Assembly (NCBI GenBank): GCA_947631785.1
Contig: CANRMR010000004.1
Coordinates: forward strand, 1,638 to 65,637
DNA from: an uncultured Clostridia bacterium
GTDB lineage: Bacteria; Bacillota; Clostridia; TANB77; CAG-508
Reading direction: 5' to 3'
Length of the DNA: 64,000 nt
Under the pieces are notes generated by a model, which saw only the letters and a program-made list of their open reading frames with translations, was not told where the DNA came from and searched no databases. Position numbers and translations under genes: made by a program. Shown here piece by piece: positions 1 to 12,324 of the stretch (position 1 is the first letter of the stretch; the number at the start of each line of letters is the position of its first letter).

Positions 1-208
1 CTAAAAATTCTTTAAAATTTTCATATTCTTCTATTTCTAATTTATCCCAATAATCTAGGCCTGCTCTTTTTACTGCTTTTTCTGATATATCAAAACCAAG
101 TGGTTTTACAAGATGCAATTTTGCCCCTATTGCTGCACATGTTCTTGCAATGTTTCCAGTATTTTGTGGAATTTCTGGCTCTACTAATACAACATTTATT
201 TTAGACAT
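1..208 (-). CDS. trmL: tRNA (cytidine/uridine-2'-O)-methyltransferase TrmL (SpoU family), N-terminal part; continues beyond the window start
   Basis: The reverse strand translates to [40 protein letters not shown]..., a typical TrmL/SpoU N-terminus. An AGAGGA RBS precedes the ATG at 208. Confidence 0.8.
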   Translation of the reverse strand, partial: MSKINVVLVEPEIPQNTGNIARTCAAIGAKLHLVKPLGFDISEKAVKRAGLDYWDKLEIEEYENFKEFL

Positions 209-271
209 ATTTTTTTCCTCTTTTCATATATTTTATTAGTGTTATTTTTCTTAAAAGGTAGGTACTTTTTA

Positions 272-1066
272 ATGAATTTTATAAAAAAACTTTGTTTTGG
301 TATTGCAATTGGTAGTGGTGCTATTTTACCTGGAATTAGCAGTGGTGTACTTTGTGTTATTTTAGGTATTTATGATAAATTAGTAGATAGCGTTATACAT
401 TTTTTTTCTGATATGAAAAAAAATTTTATGTTTTTATTTCCTATACTTTTAGGAATGGGAATTGGTATTATAACATTTGGTAATATTTTAAAAGTACTTT
501 TTGAAAAGTGCTATGTTCCAACAGCATTTTGTTTTATTGGACTAATACTTGGCGCAGTTCCTTTGCTTATTAAAAAAGCAAATAATAAAAAAGGATTTAG
601 ACTTCATTATGTATTATATTTTTTAATTACATTTTTACTTACAATCGTTTCTTTAAATATAGAAAATTCTTATGTGGTATCATATGCTTCTAATCCTACA
701 TTTTTTTATCTTATACTATGCGGCTTTTTTATGTCTATTGGAATAGTAGTTCCTGGTGTAAGTAGTACAGTTATTTTAATGCTATTTGGTGTTTATGAAG
801 TTTACTTATCTAGCATTGCATGTATTAATTTATCTGTATTGTTTCCCATTGCAATTGGTTTAATTATTGGTGGATTATTATTTTTAAAGGTAATTAATTT
901 TTTGCTAACTAATTATTTTTCACAAACTTATTATGCTATAATTGGTTTTACTGTAAGTTCAATTTTTGTGTTGTATCCAGGTATTGGTTTTAATTTTGAA
1001 AGTTTTTTAGGTTTACTACTTTTCTTTATTTGCTTTAAAGCTGGATATTTACTTGAAAAATTATAA
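272..1066 (+). CDS. DUF368 family polytopic membrane protein (candidate undecaprenyl-phosphate translocase family)
   Basis: An intact ORF with two PG(I/V)SSG/T motifs (ILPGISSGV, VVPGVSSTV) and multiple TM segments. The ATG at 272 follows AAGGTAGG; the GTG at 239 is an alternative start. Confidence 0.7.
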   Translation: MNFIKKLCFGIAIGSGAILPGISSGVLCVILGIYDKLVDSVIHFFSDMKKNFMFLFPILLGMGIGIITFGNILKVLFEKCYVPTAFCFIGLILGAVPLLIKKANNKKGFRLHYVLYFLITFLLTIVSLNIENSYVVSYASNPTFFYLILCGFFMSIGIVVPGVSSTVILMLFGVYEVYLSSIACINLSVLFPIAIGLIIGGLLFLKVINFLLTNYFSQTYYAIIGFTVSSIFVLYPGIGFNFESFLGLLLFFICFKAGYLLEKL

Positions 1067-2302
1067 TTTTTGTCTTCTTAAAATCCAGTTTTTATCGCAT
1101 TTTATTGGTAATTTCATTTTAACTGTTTGGTTACTTCTTCCTGGATTTATATATTCAATTTCTTCTTCTGTTTCGCTATCCCATAATTTATCTATTATAA
1201 ATTTATGGACCATAATTTGACCTGGTATAATAATTTCTATGGTGTCTCCTATTTGAAGTCTATTTTTTATTTCTACTGTTGATTTTCCTTCTTGATATTC
1301 TATTATTTTTCCTGCAAATTCATAATTTGGATTATACTGTTTTCCTTCATATTCTTGAAAATCTTTGTTATTTCTATCATTAAAATAAAATGTTGTAAGT
1401 TCTCTTGTTTTTACTTTATTTAATTCTTGCATATATATATTTGCATCATACATGTTTGGATTTTTATAGTAATCATCAATGGCGTTTCTATAACAATTTA
1501 TAACAGTTGCTAGATAGTATTCTGTTTTTAACCTTCCCTCTATTTTTAAACTATCTACTCCCATTTCAATAATTTCAGGAATTTCTTTAATTAAGCACAA
1601 ATCTTTTGAAGAAAATATATATGTTCCTTTTTCATCATGTTCTACTGGCATTAAATTTCCTGGGTTATTTGCTTCTTCTGCATACAAATTATATGCCCAT
1701 CTACAACTTTGTGCACAATCTCCTAGATTTGCACTTCTTGATGCTAAAAAGTCACTTAAAAAACATCTTCCAGAATAACCAAAACATATTGCACCATGAA
1801 CAAAAATTTCGGTTTCTAGTCTCATTGGAGTATTATTTATAATATCTTTTATTTGTTCTTTATTTAATTCTCTAGCTAAAATAACTCTTTTAGCTCCATT
1901 TTTATGCCAGAAATTTGCTGAATGGAAGCTTACAATATTAGCTTGTGTACTCATATGTATATCTACATCTGGTGCTTCTTCTTTTATTACATCTACTACT
2001 CCTCCATCTGATACAATTATTCCATCTACCTTTAGTTCATTTAACATTTTAGCTTGTTTTCTTATTTCTTCATAGTTTTCATCCCATGCATAAATATTAA
2101 TTGCAACATAAACTTTTTTTCCAAGGTTATGTGCATATTTTACAGTATTTATTAAATCTTTATCTTGCATGTTTGTTCTTGTTCTTAAAGATAATGATGA
2201 TGTTCCTGCATATACAGCATCTGCTCCATATAAAAATGCAATTTTTGCTTTTTCAAATGATCCAGCTGGTGCTAATAATTCTGGTTTTTTCATATTTTTC
2301 AC
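1061..2302 (-). CDS. U32 family peptidase (PrtC/YrrO-like; possibly a tRNA or rRNA hydroxylation enzyme, TrhP/RlhA family)
   Basis: An intact 413-aa ORF with a U32 N-terminus (LLAPAGSFEKAKIAF.YGADAVY), conserved Cys residues, and an AGAAGGTG RBS. Confidence 0.8.
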   Translation of the reverse strand: MKNMKKPELLAPAGSFEKAKIAFLYGADAVYAGTSSLSLRTRTNMQDKDLINTVKYAHNLGKKVYVAINIYAWDENYEEIRKQAKMLNELKVDGIIVSDGGVVDVIKEEAPDVDIHMSTQANIVSFHSANFWHKNGAKRVILARELNKEQIKDIINNTPMRLETEIFVHGAICFGYSGRCFLSDFLASRSANLGDCAQSCRWAYNLYAEEANNPGNLMPVEHDEKGTYIFSSKDLCLIKEIPEIIEMGVDSLKIEGRLKTEYYLATVINCYRNAIDDYYKNPNMYDANIYMQELNKVKTRELTTFYFNDRNNKDFQEYEGKQYNPNYEFAGKIIEYQEGKSTVEIKNRLQIGDTIEIIIPGQIMVHKFIIDKLWDSETEEEIEYINPGRSNQTVKMKLPIKCDKNWILRRQKL

Positions 2303-2496
2303 CTTCTTTTCTTTGCATTATATCATTTTTTTTTTATTTTTGCTAGCTTTTTTAACAAGAAAAAGATATATTGAGTTTTGCAAGCGACGATGTTTATCAT
2401 TATTTTTATAAATTTATAATCCTTTGCTTTGCGATGTAATAAATAAATAATTTTTATAAAATTTATGTTATTAAAAATAAAATATTTTTTTAATTT

Positions 2497-2516
2497 GGGC
2501 ACGGTGCCCCGTGCCC
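2497..2516. promoter_or_regulatory. GC-rich perfect hairpin (GGGCACGG-TGCC-CCGTGCCC) in a divergent intergenic region, followed by a second hairpin and a repeat of AATTTGGGC at 2542
   Basis: The inverted repeat is seen directly in the sequence. It stands out in an AT-rich genome and lies between the divergent U32 and DUF1113 genes. Confidence 0.4.
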
Positions 2517-2632
2517 CTACAATTTTTGTATTCCTTTGTAGAATTTGGGCGGACAGATAAAACTTAAATATTTTATCTATTTACTTTTTTGTATTTTTTT
2601 GATATTATGTTATAAAGTATTAGGAGTTGTAT

Positions 2633-3193
2633 ATGAAAGTTATAAAAAAGAAAAAGAAAAAAAATAGATTAAATAGATTTTATATGATGCTGCTTTATTT
2701 TTGCATTTATGCTTTTTTAGGTTGGCTTATGGAAACAGCATATGCATATTATGTTTTTGGACATTTTGTTAAAAGAGGTTTTTTGTTTGGTCCACTTTGC
2801 CCTATTTATGGCTTTGGTGGTGTAATTCTTTATTCTCTTTTGGCAAAGTATAAAAAAAGCCCTTTAAAATTGTTCTTTTATTCGGCTATTGTTTTTTCTG
2901 CTTTTGAATATGTAGCAGGCTTTATGTTAGATGCTTTGTTTCAGACTAGATGGTGGGATTATACTGGAGAATTCTTAAATTTAAATGGACGTATTAGTAT
3001 ATTTTTTTCTTTTGTTTGGGGGATTTGTTCTATATTATTTATAAACTATATACATCCTTTTATTAAGAAAAAATTAAATCTTGTTTTAAAGGATATGCCT
3101 TATTTATTACAAAAAGTTGTTGCTAATTTAATTTTAATTGTTTTGACTTTCGATACAACACTATCGTGCATTAGGCATCTAAATATAATTTAA
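2633..3193 (+). CDS. DUF1113 family membrane protein (Pfam 'putative ABC-transporter type IV')
   Basis: An AGGAG RBS lies 6 nt before the ATG at 2633. The motif FGHFVKRGFLFGPLCPIYGFG is typical of PF06541. A paralog lies at 3833..4483. Confidence 0.65.
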   Translation: MKVIKKKKKKNRLNRFYMMLLYFCIYAFLGWLMETAYAYYVFGHFVKRGFLFGPLCPIYGFGGVILYSLLAKYKKSPLKLFFYSAIVFSAFEYVAGFMLDALFQTRWWDYTGEFLNLNGRISIFFSFVWGICSILFINYIHPFIKKKLNLVLKDMPYLLQKVVANLILIVLTFDTTLSCIRHLNII

Positions 3194-3195
3194 TA

Positions 3196-3233
3196 TAAAT
3201 AATAAAAAACGTAAATAAAATTTACGTTTTTTA
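3196..3233. terminator. Bidirectional rho-independent terminator (AAACGTAAAT-loop-ATTTACGTTT flanked by A/T runs)
   Basis: A perfect 10-bp stem lies between convergent genes at 2633..3193 (+) and 3234..3836 (-). Confidence 0.7.
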
Positions 3234-3836
3234 TTATTTTAACTTACTTATTGCAAGTCCATCTCCTATTTCTAATATTTGTGTATCTAGGTTTGGATTT
3301 TCTGTAATTTCTTTTATGTACTCTCTTAAATTTCTTACTGCTGTACGTTGTTTATGCTTATTATAATCGCTCATTACATATCCTTTGTATAAAATATTAT
3401 CTGCAATAATTATTCCTTCTTTTTCTAGTAGTCTTAGTGCTTCTTTTAAAAAAAATGGATATTTTCCTTTTGCAGCATCAATAAACACAACATCATATTT
3501 TTCTTTTAATGTTGGAAGTATAGAAGTAGCATCTCCATACAATATGTTAATTTTATTTTGTACTTCTGCCTTTTTAATGTTTTCTTTTGCTTCTATTACT
3601 CTTTCTTCTTCACGTTCTATTGTATCTATTTTTCCATCTTTATCTAAGTATTTTGAAAAACATATTGCAGAATAACCAACTGCCGTTCCTATTTCTAATA
3701 TTTTTTTTGGTTTTTTACTGCTTAATATTTTTTCTAAAAAATCAAGTGTTTCATCCATAATAATTGGGATGTGATCTTTTAATGCTTTTTCTTTTATTTC
3801 TTGCAATTTAATTTCATTCATTTTTAGTCCTTTCAT
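3234..3836 (-). CDS. Class I SAM-dependent O-methyltransferase, YrrM/TrmR-like (tRNA 5-hydroxyuridine methyltransferase family)
   Basis: An intact ORF with the SAM-binding motif ILEIGTAVGYSA and a CCoAOMT-family fold. The start overlaps the stop of the upstream gene (ATGA). Confidence 0.7.
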   Translation of the reverse strand: MKGLKMNEIKLQEIKEKALKDHIPIIMDETLDFLEKILSSKKPKKILEIGTAVGYSAICFSKYLDKDGKIDTIEREEERVIEAKENIKKAEVQNKINILYGDATSILPTLKEKYDVVFIDAAKGKYPFFLKEALRLLEKEGIIIADNILYKGYVMSDYNKHKQRTAVRNLREYIKEITENPNLDTQILEIGDGLAISKLK

Positions 3837-4483
3837 TCACAAATAACATCTTTTTTATTTGTATAAATATTATCCATATATTCATCAGGGTAATGTTTAT
3901 CTAAAAAACTATCTATTTTAGTTTCTGGCTTTATATTTTTTCTTCTTTCTTCTTGTCTTTGTGCTGCCATACAAGATATAATTATATCAAAAATTATAAA
4001 AATAGCAAATATAAGTGTAATTGTTTTCATAAAGTTATTATTTACATCTTTTTTTGATTTTTCAATTAGTGGCTCTATAACTGTAGCATACAAAACTCCA
4101 GCTAATCCCCAATAAGTACAATGTAATAGGCTTGTTCTTCCATTTATATTAAACATTAAATTAGAATAATTCCACGATATTGTTCCAAACATTTTCTCTT
4201 GTAAAAAGGAAAATAGATATTCAATAATTCCTCCTAATAATGCTGTAATAAAAAATACTTTTACTTTATTTTCTGTATTTATGTTATTTAATACAATATA
4301 ATATATAACAATTCCTGCTCCATAAACTGGTATAAAAGGTCCATATATTAGTCCCTTCCTTGTTTCCAAAAAACCTTTTTGTACTAAGGCAACAATTGTT
4401 TCTACTAAGCATCCTACCATACTTCCTATAATAAATAACCAAAATATTATAATTAATTCTTTTAATATATTTTCTTTTTTCAT
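3833..4483 (-). CDS. DUF1113 family membrane protein (paralog of 2633..3193)
   Basis: It shares motifs (GLIYGPFIPVYGAG, NINGRTSL, W-rich TMs) with the paralog. Confidence 0.6.
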   Translation of the reverse strand: MKKENILKELIIIFWLFIIGSMVGCLVETIVALVQKGFLETRKGLIYGPFIPVYGAGIVIYYIVLNNINTENKVKVFFITALLGGIIEYLFSFLQEKMFGTISWNYSNLMFNINGRTSLLHCTYWGLAGVLYATVIEPLIEKSKKDVNNNFMKTITLIFAIFIIFDIIISCMAAQRQEERRKNIKPETKIDSFLDKHYPDEYMDNIYTNKKDVICE

Positions 4484-4559
4484 TTTTTTACCTCATTTTT
4501 TTTTACTTATATTATATTGATTATTGTCCTTTTTTGATAGTGCATGTAATATCTATAAA

Positions 4560-4817
4560 TTATATTTCGATTGTTCTTACTTTGTATTCTATATCTTTCA
4601 TAAATGGGTACATTTCTTTTAATCTTTTATATGTTATCATTTGTTGTCTTGGTTGTGGATTTTTTTCACTGTATGATATTAATTTTTGTGTATAGCAATT
4701 TTCAGTTGTTTTAAATACTAAGTATCTATTTTTTACATAAGTTAAATAAACCTGGAAGCCAGTATCTAATTGTTTTTCAAATTGTTCAAATTGTTCTTCT
4801 ATCTCTTTATTTTGCAT
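4560..4817 (-). CDS. hypothetical protein (85 aa)
   Basis: An intact ORF with no recognisable family. Confidence 0.35.
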   Translation of the reverse strand: MQNKEIEEQFEQFEKQLDTGFQVYLTYVKNRYLVFKTTENCYTQKLISYSEKNPQPRQQMITYKRLKEMYPFMKDIEYKVRTIEI

Positions 4818-4839
4818 ATATCATTTCCCTTCATAATTT

Positions 4840-6837
<1,998 letters not shown>

Positions 6838-6849
6838 GCTTATACTCCT

Positions 6850-7455
6850 TTATTTATCTTGTAATAATTGTTTTCCATTTTTTATGTATGTCCAACCAGA
6901 AAATACTGTTGCAATAACAGCTAGTACCATTAAAATAGATGTTATAATATTTATGCTTAGTTCTATACTAGTTAATTCATTATTTACAAAATAGAAAAAG
7001 CTATTTGTTCCATTTATATTTATAAATGCTAAAATAATTGCCGTCATTTGAAAAACTGTTTTTAGTTTCCCCCACATATTTGCTGCAATTACTTCTCCAC
7101 CTTTTTCTAGCGCAATTAGTCTATATCCTGATACTATAAATTCACGCGTTACAATAACAATTGGTATCCATGCTGGAATTGAATCTAATTCTACTAATAT
7201 AATCATTGCAGCAATTACTAAAATTTTGTCTGCAATAGGATCTAGAAATTTTCCAAATGTAGTAATTTCATTTCTTTTTCTTGCAATATTTCCATCTAAT
7301 TTATCTGTAATAGATGCAATTATAAATATTCCATCTATTATTAGATAGCAAATAGGAATACCTAAAAATGCTTCCTGTATATTTATAAGTGGTATAATAA
7401 CCATAATTGGCACAAGTAATATTCTAAAAATTGTTAATTTATTTGCTAGGTTCAT
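6850..7455 (-). CDS. pgsA: CDP-diacylglycerol--glycerol-3-phosphate 3-phosphatidyltransferase
   Basis: A CDP-alcohol phosphatidyltransferase motif (DGNIARK ... GKFLDPIADK) in a 201-aa membrane protein. Confidence 0.85.
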   Translation of the reverse strand: MNLANKLTIFRILLVPIMVIIPLINIQEAFLGIPICYLIIDGIFIIASITDKLDGNIARKRNEITTFGKFLDPIADKILVIAAMIILVELDSIPAWIPIVIVTREFIVSGYRLIALEKGGEVIAANMWGKLKTVFQMTAIILAFININGTNSFFYFVNNELTSIELSINIITSILMVLAVIATVFSGWTYIKNGKQLLQDK

Positions 7456-7531
7456 TTTTTTGCTCCTTCATAAGTTTTTTATAATTATATAAAAAAACTA
7501 TAAAAAAATAAATAGTAAACCTAAAAATTTT

Positions 7532-7828
7532 TTATTTTCTTTGTACTATATCTACAATATCTGATATATATTCACCAATTACAGGAATATTTAATGTTAC
7601 AATTTTTTGCAGTATTATAACAATTACTGATGTAATTAATGTTACCCCAATTCCAATTCCAATTCCTTTTGATATACCAGATAATAAATTTCTAATTAAT
7701 ATTTGTTTTTTATTTCCTAATATTTCTAATAAATCCATAACCTGATTTCTTTCTAGTACATAATTTATTTTATCAATTCCTTTGTTTAGTTTTTCTACTT
7801 TTGATTTTCTTACAAACATAAATTTCAC
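7532..7828 (-). CDS. hypothetical small membrane protein
   Basis: An intact 98-aa ORF with one C-terminal TM segment. Confidence 0.35.
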   Translation of the reverse strand: MKFMFVRKSKVEKLNKGIDKINYVLERNQVMDLLEILGNKKQILIRNLLSGISKGIGIGIGVTLITSVIVIILQKIVTLNIPVIGEYISDIVDIVQRK

Positions 7829-7865
7829 CTATTATTAGGGTGGAATTTTTTTTAAATTTTATGCG

Positions 7866-7899
7866 TTAAAAAACTCTTTATTTTCTATATTATAGAAAA
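7866..7899. terminator. Rho-independent terminator (perfect 16-bp inverted repeat CTCTTTATTTTCTATA / TATAGAAAATAAAGAG)
   Basis: Seen in the sequence immediately downstream of the stop of the 7915..8247 gene. Confidence 0.6.
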
Positions 7900-7914
7900 T
7901 AAAGAGCGAAAGTT

Positions 7915-8247
7915 TCAATTGCTTAAATATCCTTTTACTGCAAGCAGCAATATCCACGCCTTTTCTTCATTAAACTGTGGTATTTTTTTTGGTACCTCAA
8001 TTTCGCTTATATCTATTTCAGATATTCTGTTTGCATATTTGGAATTTTTAAGTATTATTACTAGTGCCGTTACATATTCGGCAATCGCAAGTTTTGGATT
8101 GCCTTCATTTGCATTTTTGATTATATAGGCTTTAAGAAATGCCATAATCTTTTTTACGTCTTCTGTTGTTTGTAACGACGGTATTTTTGTGTTCCAACCC
8201 TTATTCATTGTCCGAAAGGTATTTACACATTCTTGAATTTTTTTCAT
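7915..8247 (-). CDS. hypothetical protein (110 aa); contains the only conventional in-frame CGG codon seen in the window
   Basis: A strong AGGAGG RBS and a non-low-complexity sequence. Codon 12 is CGG (F-R-T). Confidence 0.45.
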   Translation of the reverse strand: MKKIQECVNTFRTMNKGWNTKIPSLQTTEDVKKIMAFLKAYIIKNANEGNPKLAIAEYVTALVIILKNSKYANRISEIDISEIEVPKKIPQFNEEKAWILLLAVKGYLSN

Positions 8248-8420
8248 CTTTTTTTCCTCCTTTTTGATGAATTATCATCCCCTAAGATGTCTTATATTGT
8301 TATGTTTTTAGGAGATTTTTATAATTTGACTTATATATTATCATACCATATTTTATTATCATTTTCAATAATTTATGTATGTTTATGCTTAATTTTTAAA
8401 TAAATATTATATACATGTGA

Positions 8421-11255
8421 TTACATATTATTTTTAACTGCATCATTTACTACATTATTTTGATTTAATGTATTTTCTTTATTTGGTGTCATTTTATCTA
8501 TCTCTTCTTGTTTTTGTTTTTCTTCTTCTTGAACTTTTTCTAGTTCGTCTATTAATTCTTGAAGTCTTGCTAAATCTTTTCCAATTTGTTCCCAATTATT
8601 GTTGCTGCTAGATGTGTCTAAATTTTCATTCGCCTTTATTATTGCTTCAATTAATCCTTCTTTGGTATCTGTATTTTCTACTTCTATATTTGAGGTATAT
8701 TCTGATGATAGTAAATTATTTAGTGCTTCTTCTAGGTTATTTCCTATTGCAACTTTATTTCCAGATGCTACTATTACCTTTTTTAGTACTGGAACACTTG
8801 CTGTTTCGTTTAATGTTTGTTGATAAATTGGCTCTACATATAAAAGAGTATTTTCAATTGGCACAATTATCATATTCCTTACAAGCTTTGTTCCTGTTAC
8901 ATTAACACTTGCAATTTCTTTTGCAATATTTTCGTCTTCTTCTATTTGCTTATCTAACTGAGTTGCACCTATCATGTTACTGTCAGATGAAAATTTATAT
9001 AAAGTTAACTTTTTATTTGTTCCATTAGTTTCACCTACAAGATATGCTGTTATATTTTGTTTGTTAAGAGGTGTATAAGGTATAACAAGACCTAATTTTT
9101 CGCTACCACCATCTACAGTTTTAAGCATTGTATAATAACTTTCCATTGATGTTGCTTTTGTTCCAGTTGAAGTATAATTTGCAATTTCCCATATATCATC
9201 TCCACGATATAATACATCTGTTCCTACATTATGATACATATTAAGCATTTTAGCTTGTATATCATATAAGTATTGTGGATACACAAAGTGTTTAGATATT
9301 CCTTCTGGTATTTGATCTGCCTTTTTAAATAATGTTGGATAGATTTTATTATATGCAATAGCAATTGGATCTGTTTCATCTGTAATATAGAAATCCATGC
9401 TTCCATCATAACTGTTAACTAATACTTTAATAGAATTTCTAATATAATTAATTGTTTGTTTTTTATTTTTGTATTCTATTACAGATGTTTGAGAATATGG
9501 ATATTTAGAAGATACTGTATATGCATCTATTACCCATATTTGATTTCCATTATCATCAATTACCATATATGGATTTTCGTCATAAATTAAATTTGGCATT
9601 ATTTTTTCTGCTCTTTGGATAATATTTCTATTTATTAATATTTTGCTATCATTGTTTACATTAGTAGATAATGCAAGTTGCATGTCTTTTTCTTTTATTG
9701 CTAAAATTAATCTATCAAATAAATTTAAGTTAAGCCCTGCTTTTCCATTATACACAAATGTTGCATTTTCTGCAGTATTTGTTGGATAATCAAATTCTAC
9801 TTTATTTTTCGTATTTGTAACAATTGTATTTTTGGTTTCTAGGCCATAATATATTCTTGGCTCATTTACTTTTATTTTGTCTTCTTCATCATTTACAAAA
9901 CCTTGTTTAATATATTTTATATTTCCGTCTTCTTTACTTTGGTTTGCATCTGTAATTATAGTACCAAATCCATGTGTATATTCATATGTTTTATTGTTAT
10001 AACTACTATTAGAATTACTAATTTCTCTAGGAGAAACGTATACTAATGTATCTTTTCCATCTATATTATAAACACTTGCTGCTTGTTTTCTAAAAGAATA
10101 ATATCCTGTGCTTGTTTGAAGATTGCTTAATGTTTTATATGTAATATCAGAAGAGATAACTGGTATATTATTTATAACATTTTTGTTTGTATTTGCTTCT
10201 TCTTTAGTAATGGTACCCGTTGCATTTAGTTGTTTTTCCTCTATTTCTATGTTATATGCCTTTTTAGTATATTTAATATTGTTTTCAATGTAAGTTTTTT
10301 GTTTGTCTAATTCATTTGCATTAATAAAAACAAGTTGAAATATAGTCATTATTAAAAACATAATTACTAAATAAATTGGAACTGCAAGTATTGCAAAAAA
10401 GACTTTTTTTATTTCTTTTTTCTTAAATGCACAAATTGCTCTGTAAATAGATATAACAATGACTATTGCTAAAATTCTATATCCCCATAGCTTAATTGTA
10501 ACATCTGTAATTCCAGCACCAATAATTTTTGTTTCGCTTTCATCATGCAAACTTAAAAATCCATCTGTTGTAATGCCCTGCGCATTTAATATAATAAACA
10601 AGGCAATTCCTATGGTGATTAACATTGCATTTACAATAATATGTTTTAAAAATGTATTTGTTTTTAGTGTTTGTGCATTAATTCCATCAAAATATTTATT
10701 AAATACAATAATATAGTAAATTGCAACATAGGCTGTAAGTAATATCATTACTATAATAAAATATCCAAGGCAAAACTCTATAAATGGCTGTTTAAAAAAA
10801 TAATACCCTATGTCTGTATTAAAAACAGGATCATTTACTCCAAACCAAGCTGCATTTGTAAATAACATTACCTTTTGTGCAATTATATCTGAAGTAAATA
10901 TACTTATAATTGCTGAAATAATTAGTGCAATTGATTTATTTGGAAGTTTTGGCATTTCCTTTTTTTCTTCTGCAAAAAAACTTTTTAAACCTTTTTTTAT
11001 AAATCTGTTTGTAATATATATAAATGAAAATAAGATGATAAAGTTAACTGCCATAACTACATATTTATATAATAAATTTTGTTTTAAAACATCTAAATAT
11101 TGTTCTCCAATTTCTAACGTTTCTAAGTAGCTTCCTCTGTAAGATATATAAATTCCTATTGCAATAATTATTATGAATAATAATACAATTAACATCCTTT
11201 TTTTGCTGTGTTTTGGCTTTTGTACATTTTTTTCTTTTAAATTTGTACTTTGCAT
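8421..11255 (-). CDS. UPF0182 family large membrane protein (944 aa)
   Basis: N-terminal multi-TM region followed by a large extracytoplasmic domain and a C-terminal acidic coiled coil. The size and architecture are typical of UPF0182. Confidence 0.6.
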   Translation of the reverse strand: MQSTNLKEKNVQKPKHSKKRMLIVLLFIIIIAIGIYISYRGSYLETLEIGEQYLDVLKQNLLYKYVVMAVNFIILFSFIYITNRFIKKGLKSFFAEEKKEMPKLPNKSIALIISAIISIFTSDIIAQKVMLFTNAAWFGVNDPVFNTDIGYYFFKQPFIEFCLGYFIIVMILLTAYVAIYYIIVFNKYFDGINAQTLKTNTFLKHIIVNAMLITIGIALFIILNAQGITTDGFLSLHDESETKIIGAGITDVTIKLWGYRILAIVIVISIYRAICAFKKKEIKKVFFAILAVPIYLVIMFLIMTIFQLVFINANELDKQKTYIENNIKYTKKAYNIEIEEKQLNATGTITKEEANTNKNVINNIPVISSDITYKTLSNLQTSTGYYSFRKQAASVYNIDGKDTLVYVSPREISNSNSSYNNKTYEYTHGFGTIITDANQSKEDGNIKYIKQGFVNDEEDKIKVNEPRIYYGLETKNTIVTNTKNKVEFDYPTNTAENATFVYNGKAGLNLNLFDRLILAIKEKDMQLALSTNVNNDSKILINRNIIQRAEKIMPNLIYDENPYMVIDDNGNQIWVIDAYTVSSKYPYSQTSVIEYKNKKQTINYIRNSIKVLVNSYDGSMDFYITDETDPIAIAYNKIYPTLFKKADQIPEGISKHFVYPQYLYDIQAKMLNMYHNVGTDVLYRGDDIWEIANYTSTGTKATSMESYYTMLKTVDGGSEKLGLVIPYTPLNKQNITAYLVGETNGTNKKLTLYKFSSDSNMIGATQLDKQIEEDENIAKEIASVNVTGTKLVRNMIIVPIENTLLYVEPIYQQTLNETASVPVLKKVIVASGNKVAIGNNLEEALNNLLSSEYTSNIEVENTDTKEGLIEAIIKANENLDTSSSNNNWEQIGKDLARLQELIDELEKVQEEEKQKQEEIDKMTPNKENTLNQNNVVNDAVKNNM

Positions 11256-11318
11256 TTTATCTTCCTTTCCAAAATTTATTTATATTTAACATATGCTACA
11301 AATTCTTAAATTATTTTT

Positions 11319-12236
11319 TTATTCTATAATAGCCTGAGCAAATTCTTTGCTATTAAAAATTTCCATGTCGTCAATTTGTTCTCCAACTCCAATAAATTTG
11401 ACCGGAATTTTGTTTTCATTAACAATACCAATTACTACTCCACCTTTGGCTGTTCCATCTAATTTTGTTAAAATAAGTCCAGTAATTGAAGATGTTTCTT
11501 TAAATGCTTTTACTTGTTCTATTGCATTTTGTCCTGTTGTAGCATCTAATACTAAGAGTACTTCTTTATCTGCATCAGGTAATTCTTTTTCTATAACTCT
11601 TTGTATTTTTTTAAGCTCATCCATTAAGTATTTTTTATTATGCAGTCTTCCTGCTGTATCACAAATTAAAACATCTGCATTTTTTTGTTTTGTAATTTGT
11701 ATTGCATCATATACAACAGAAGCTGGGTCTATTCCTTCTTCTCTTTTTACAATATCACATCCAACACGATTTGCCCATATTTCTAATTGTTCTACAGCTG
11801 CTGCACGGAATGTATCTGCTGCTGCAATTACAACTTTTTTACCTTGTGTTTTTAATTTATTTGCAATTTTTCCAATTGATGTTGTTTTACCTACTCCATT
11901 TACACCAACTACTAAAATAATAGAAGGCTTTGTATTTAGGTTTAATGTATTTTCTGTCTCATCTAAAATATTTTGTATTTCTTGCCTTAACGCTTCTTTT
12001 ACATTTTCAGTATCTTGAATATTTTCTTTTTTTATTTTTTCTCTTAATTTAGAAATAATTTTGCTTGAAGTATTTATTCCTAAGTCTGACATAATTAATA
12101 TTTCTTCTAATTCTTCTAGCAAATCTTCATCTACTTTTCTAAAAGCACTAAAAACATTATTTATTTTTTCATCAAATGAATTTTTTGTTTTGCTTAAACC
12201 CTGTTTTAGTTTATCAAAAAATCCCATTTTGCCCAC
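11319..12236 (-). CDS. ftsY: signal recognition particle receptor FtsY
   Basis: The SRP54-type GTPase motifs GVNGVGKTT, DTAGR and TKLDG are present in a short Firmicutes-type FtsY. Confidence 0.9.
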   Translation of the reverse strand: MGKMGFFDKLKQGLSKTKNSFDEKINNVFSAFRKVDEDLLEELEEILIMSDLGINTSSKIISKLREKIKKENIQDTENVKEALRQEIQNILDETENTLNLNTKPSIILVVGVNGVGKTTSIGKIANKLKTQGKKVVIAAADTFRAAAVEQLEIWANRVGCDIVKREEGIDPASVVYDAIQITKQKNADVLICDTAGRLHNKKYLMDELKKIQRVIEKELPDADKEVLLVLDATTGQNAIEQVKAFKETSSITGLILTKLDGTAKGGVVIGIVNENKIPVKFIGVGEQIDDMEIFNSKEFAQAIIE

Positions 12237-12324
12237 CTCTTTTTTTCATTTTCGCACCTTATTTTACCACATTTTCTATAAAAAATATAGGGGTAAGTGC
12301 AATTTTTTAAATATTTTTCTATTT

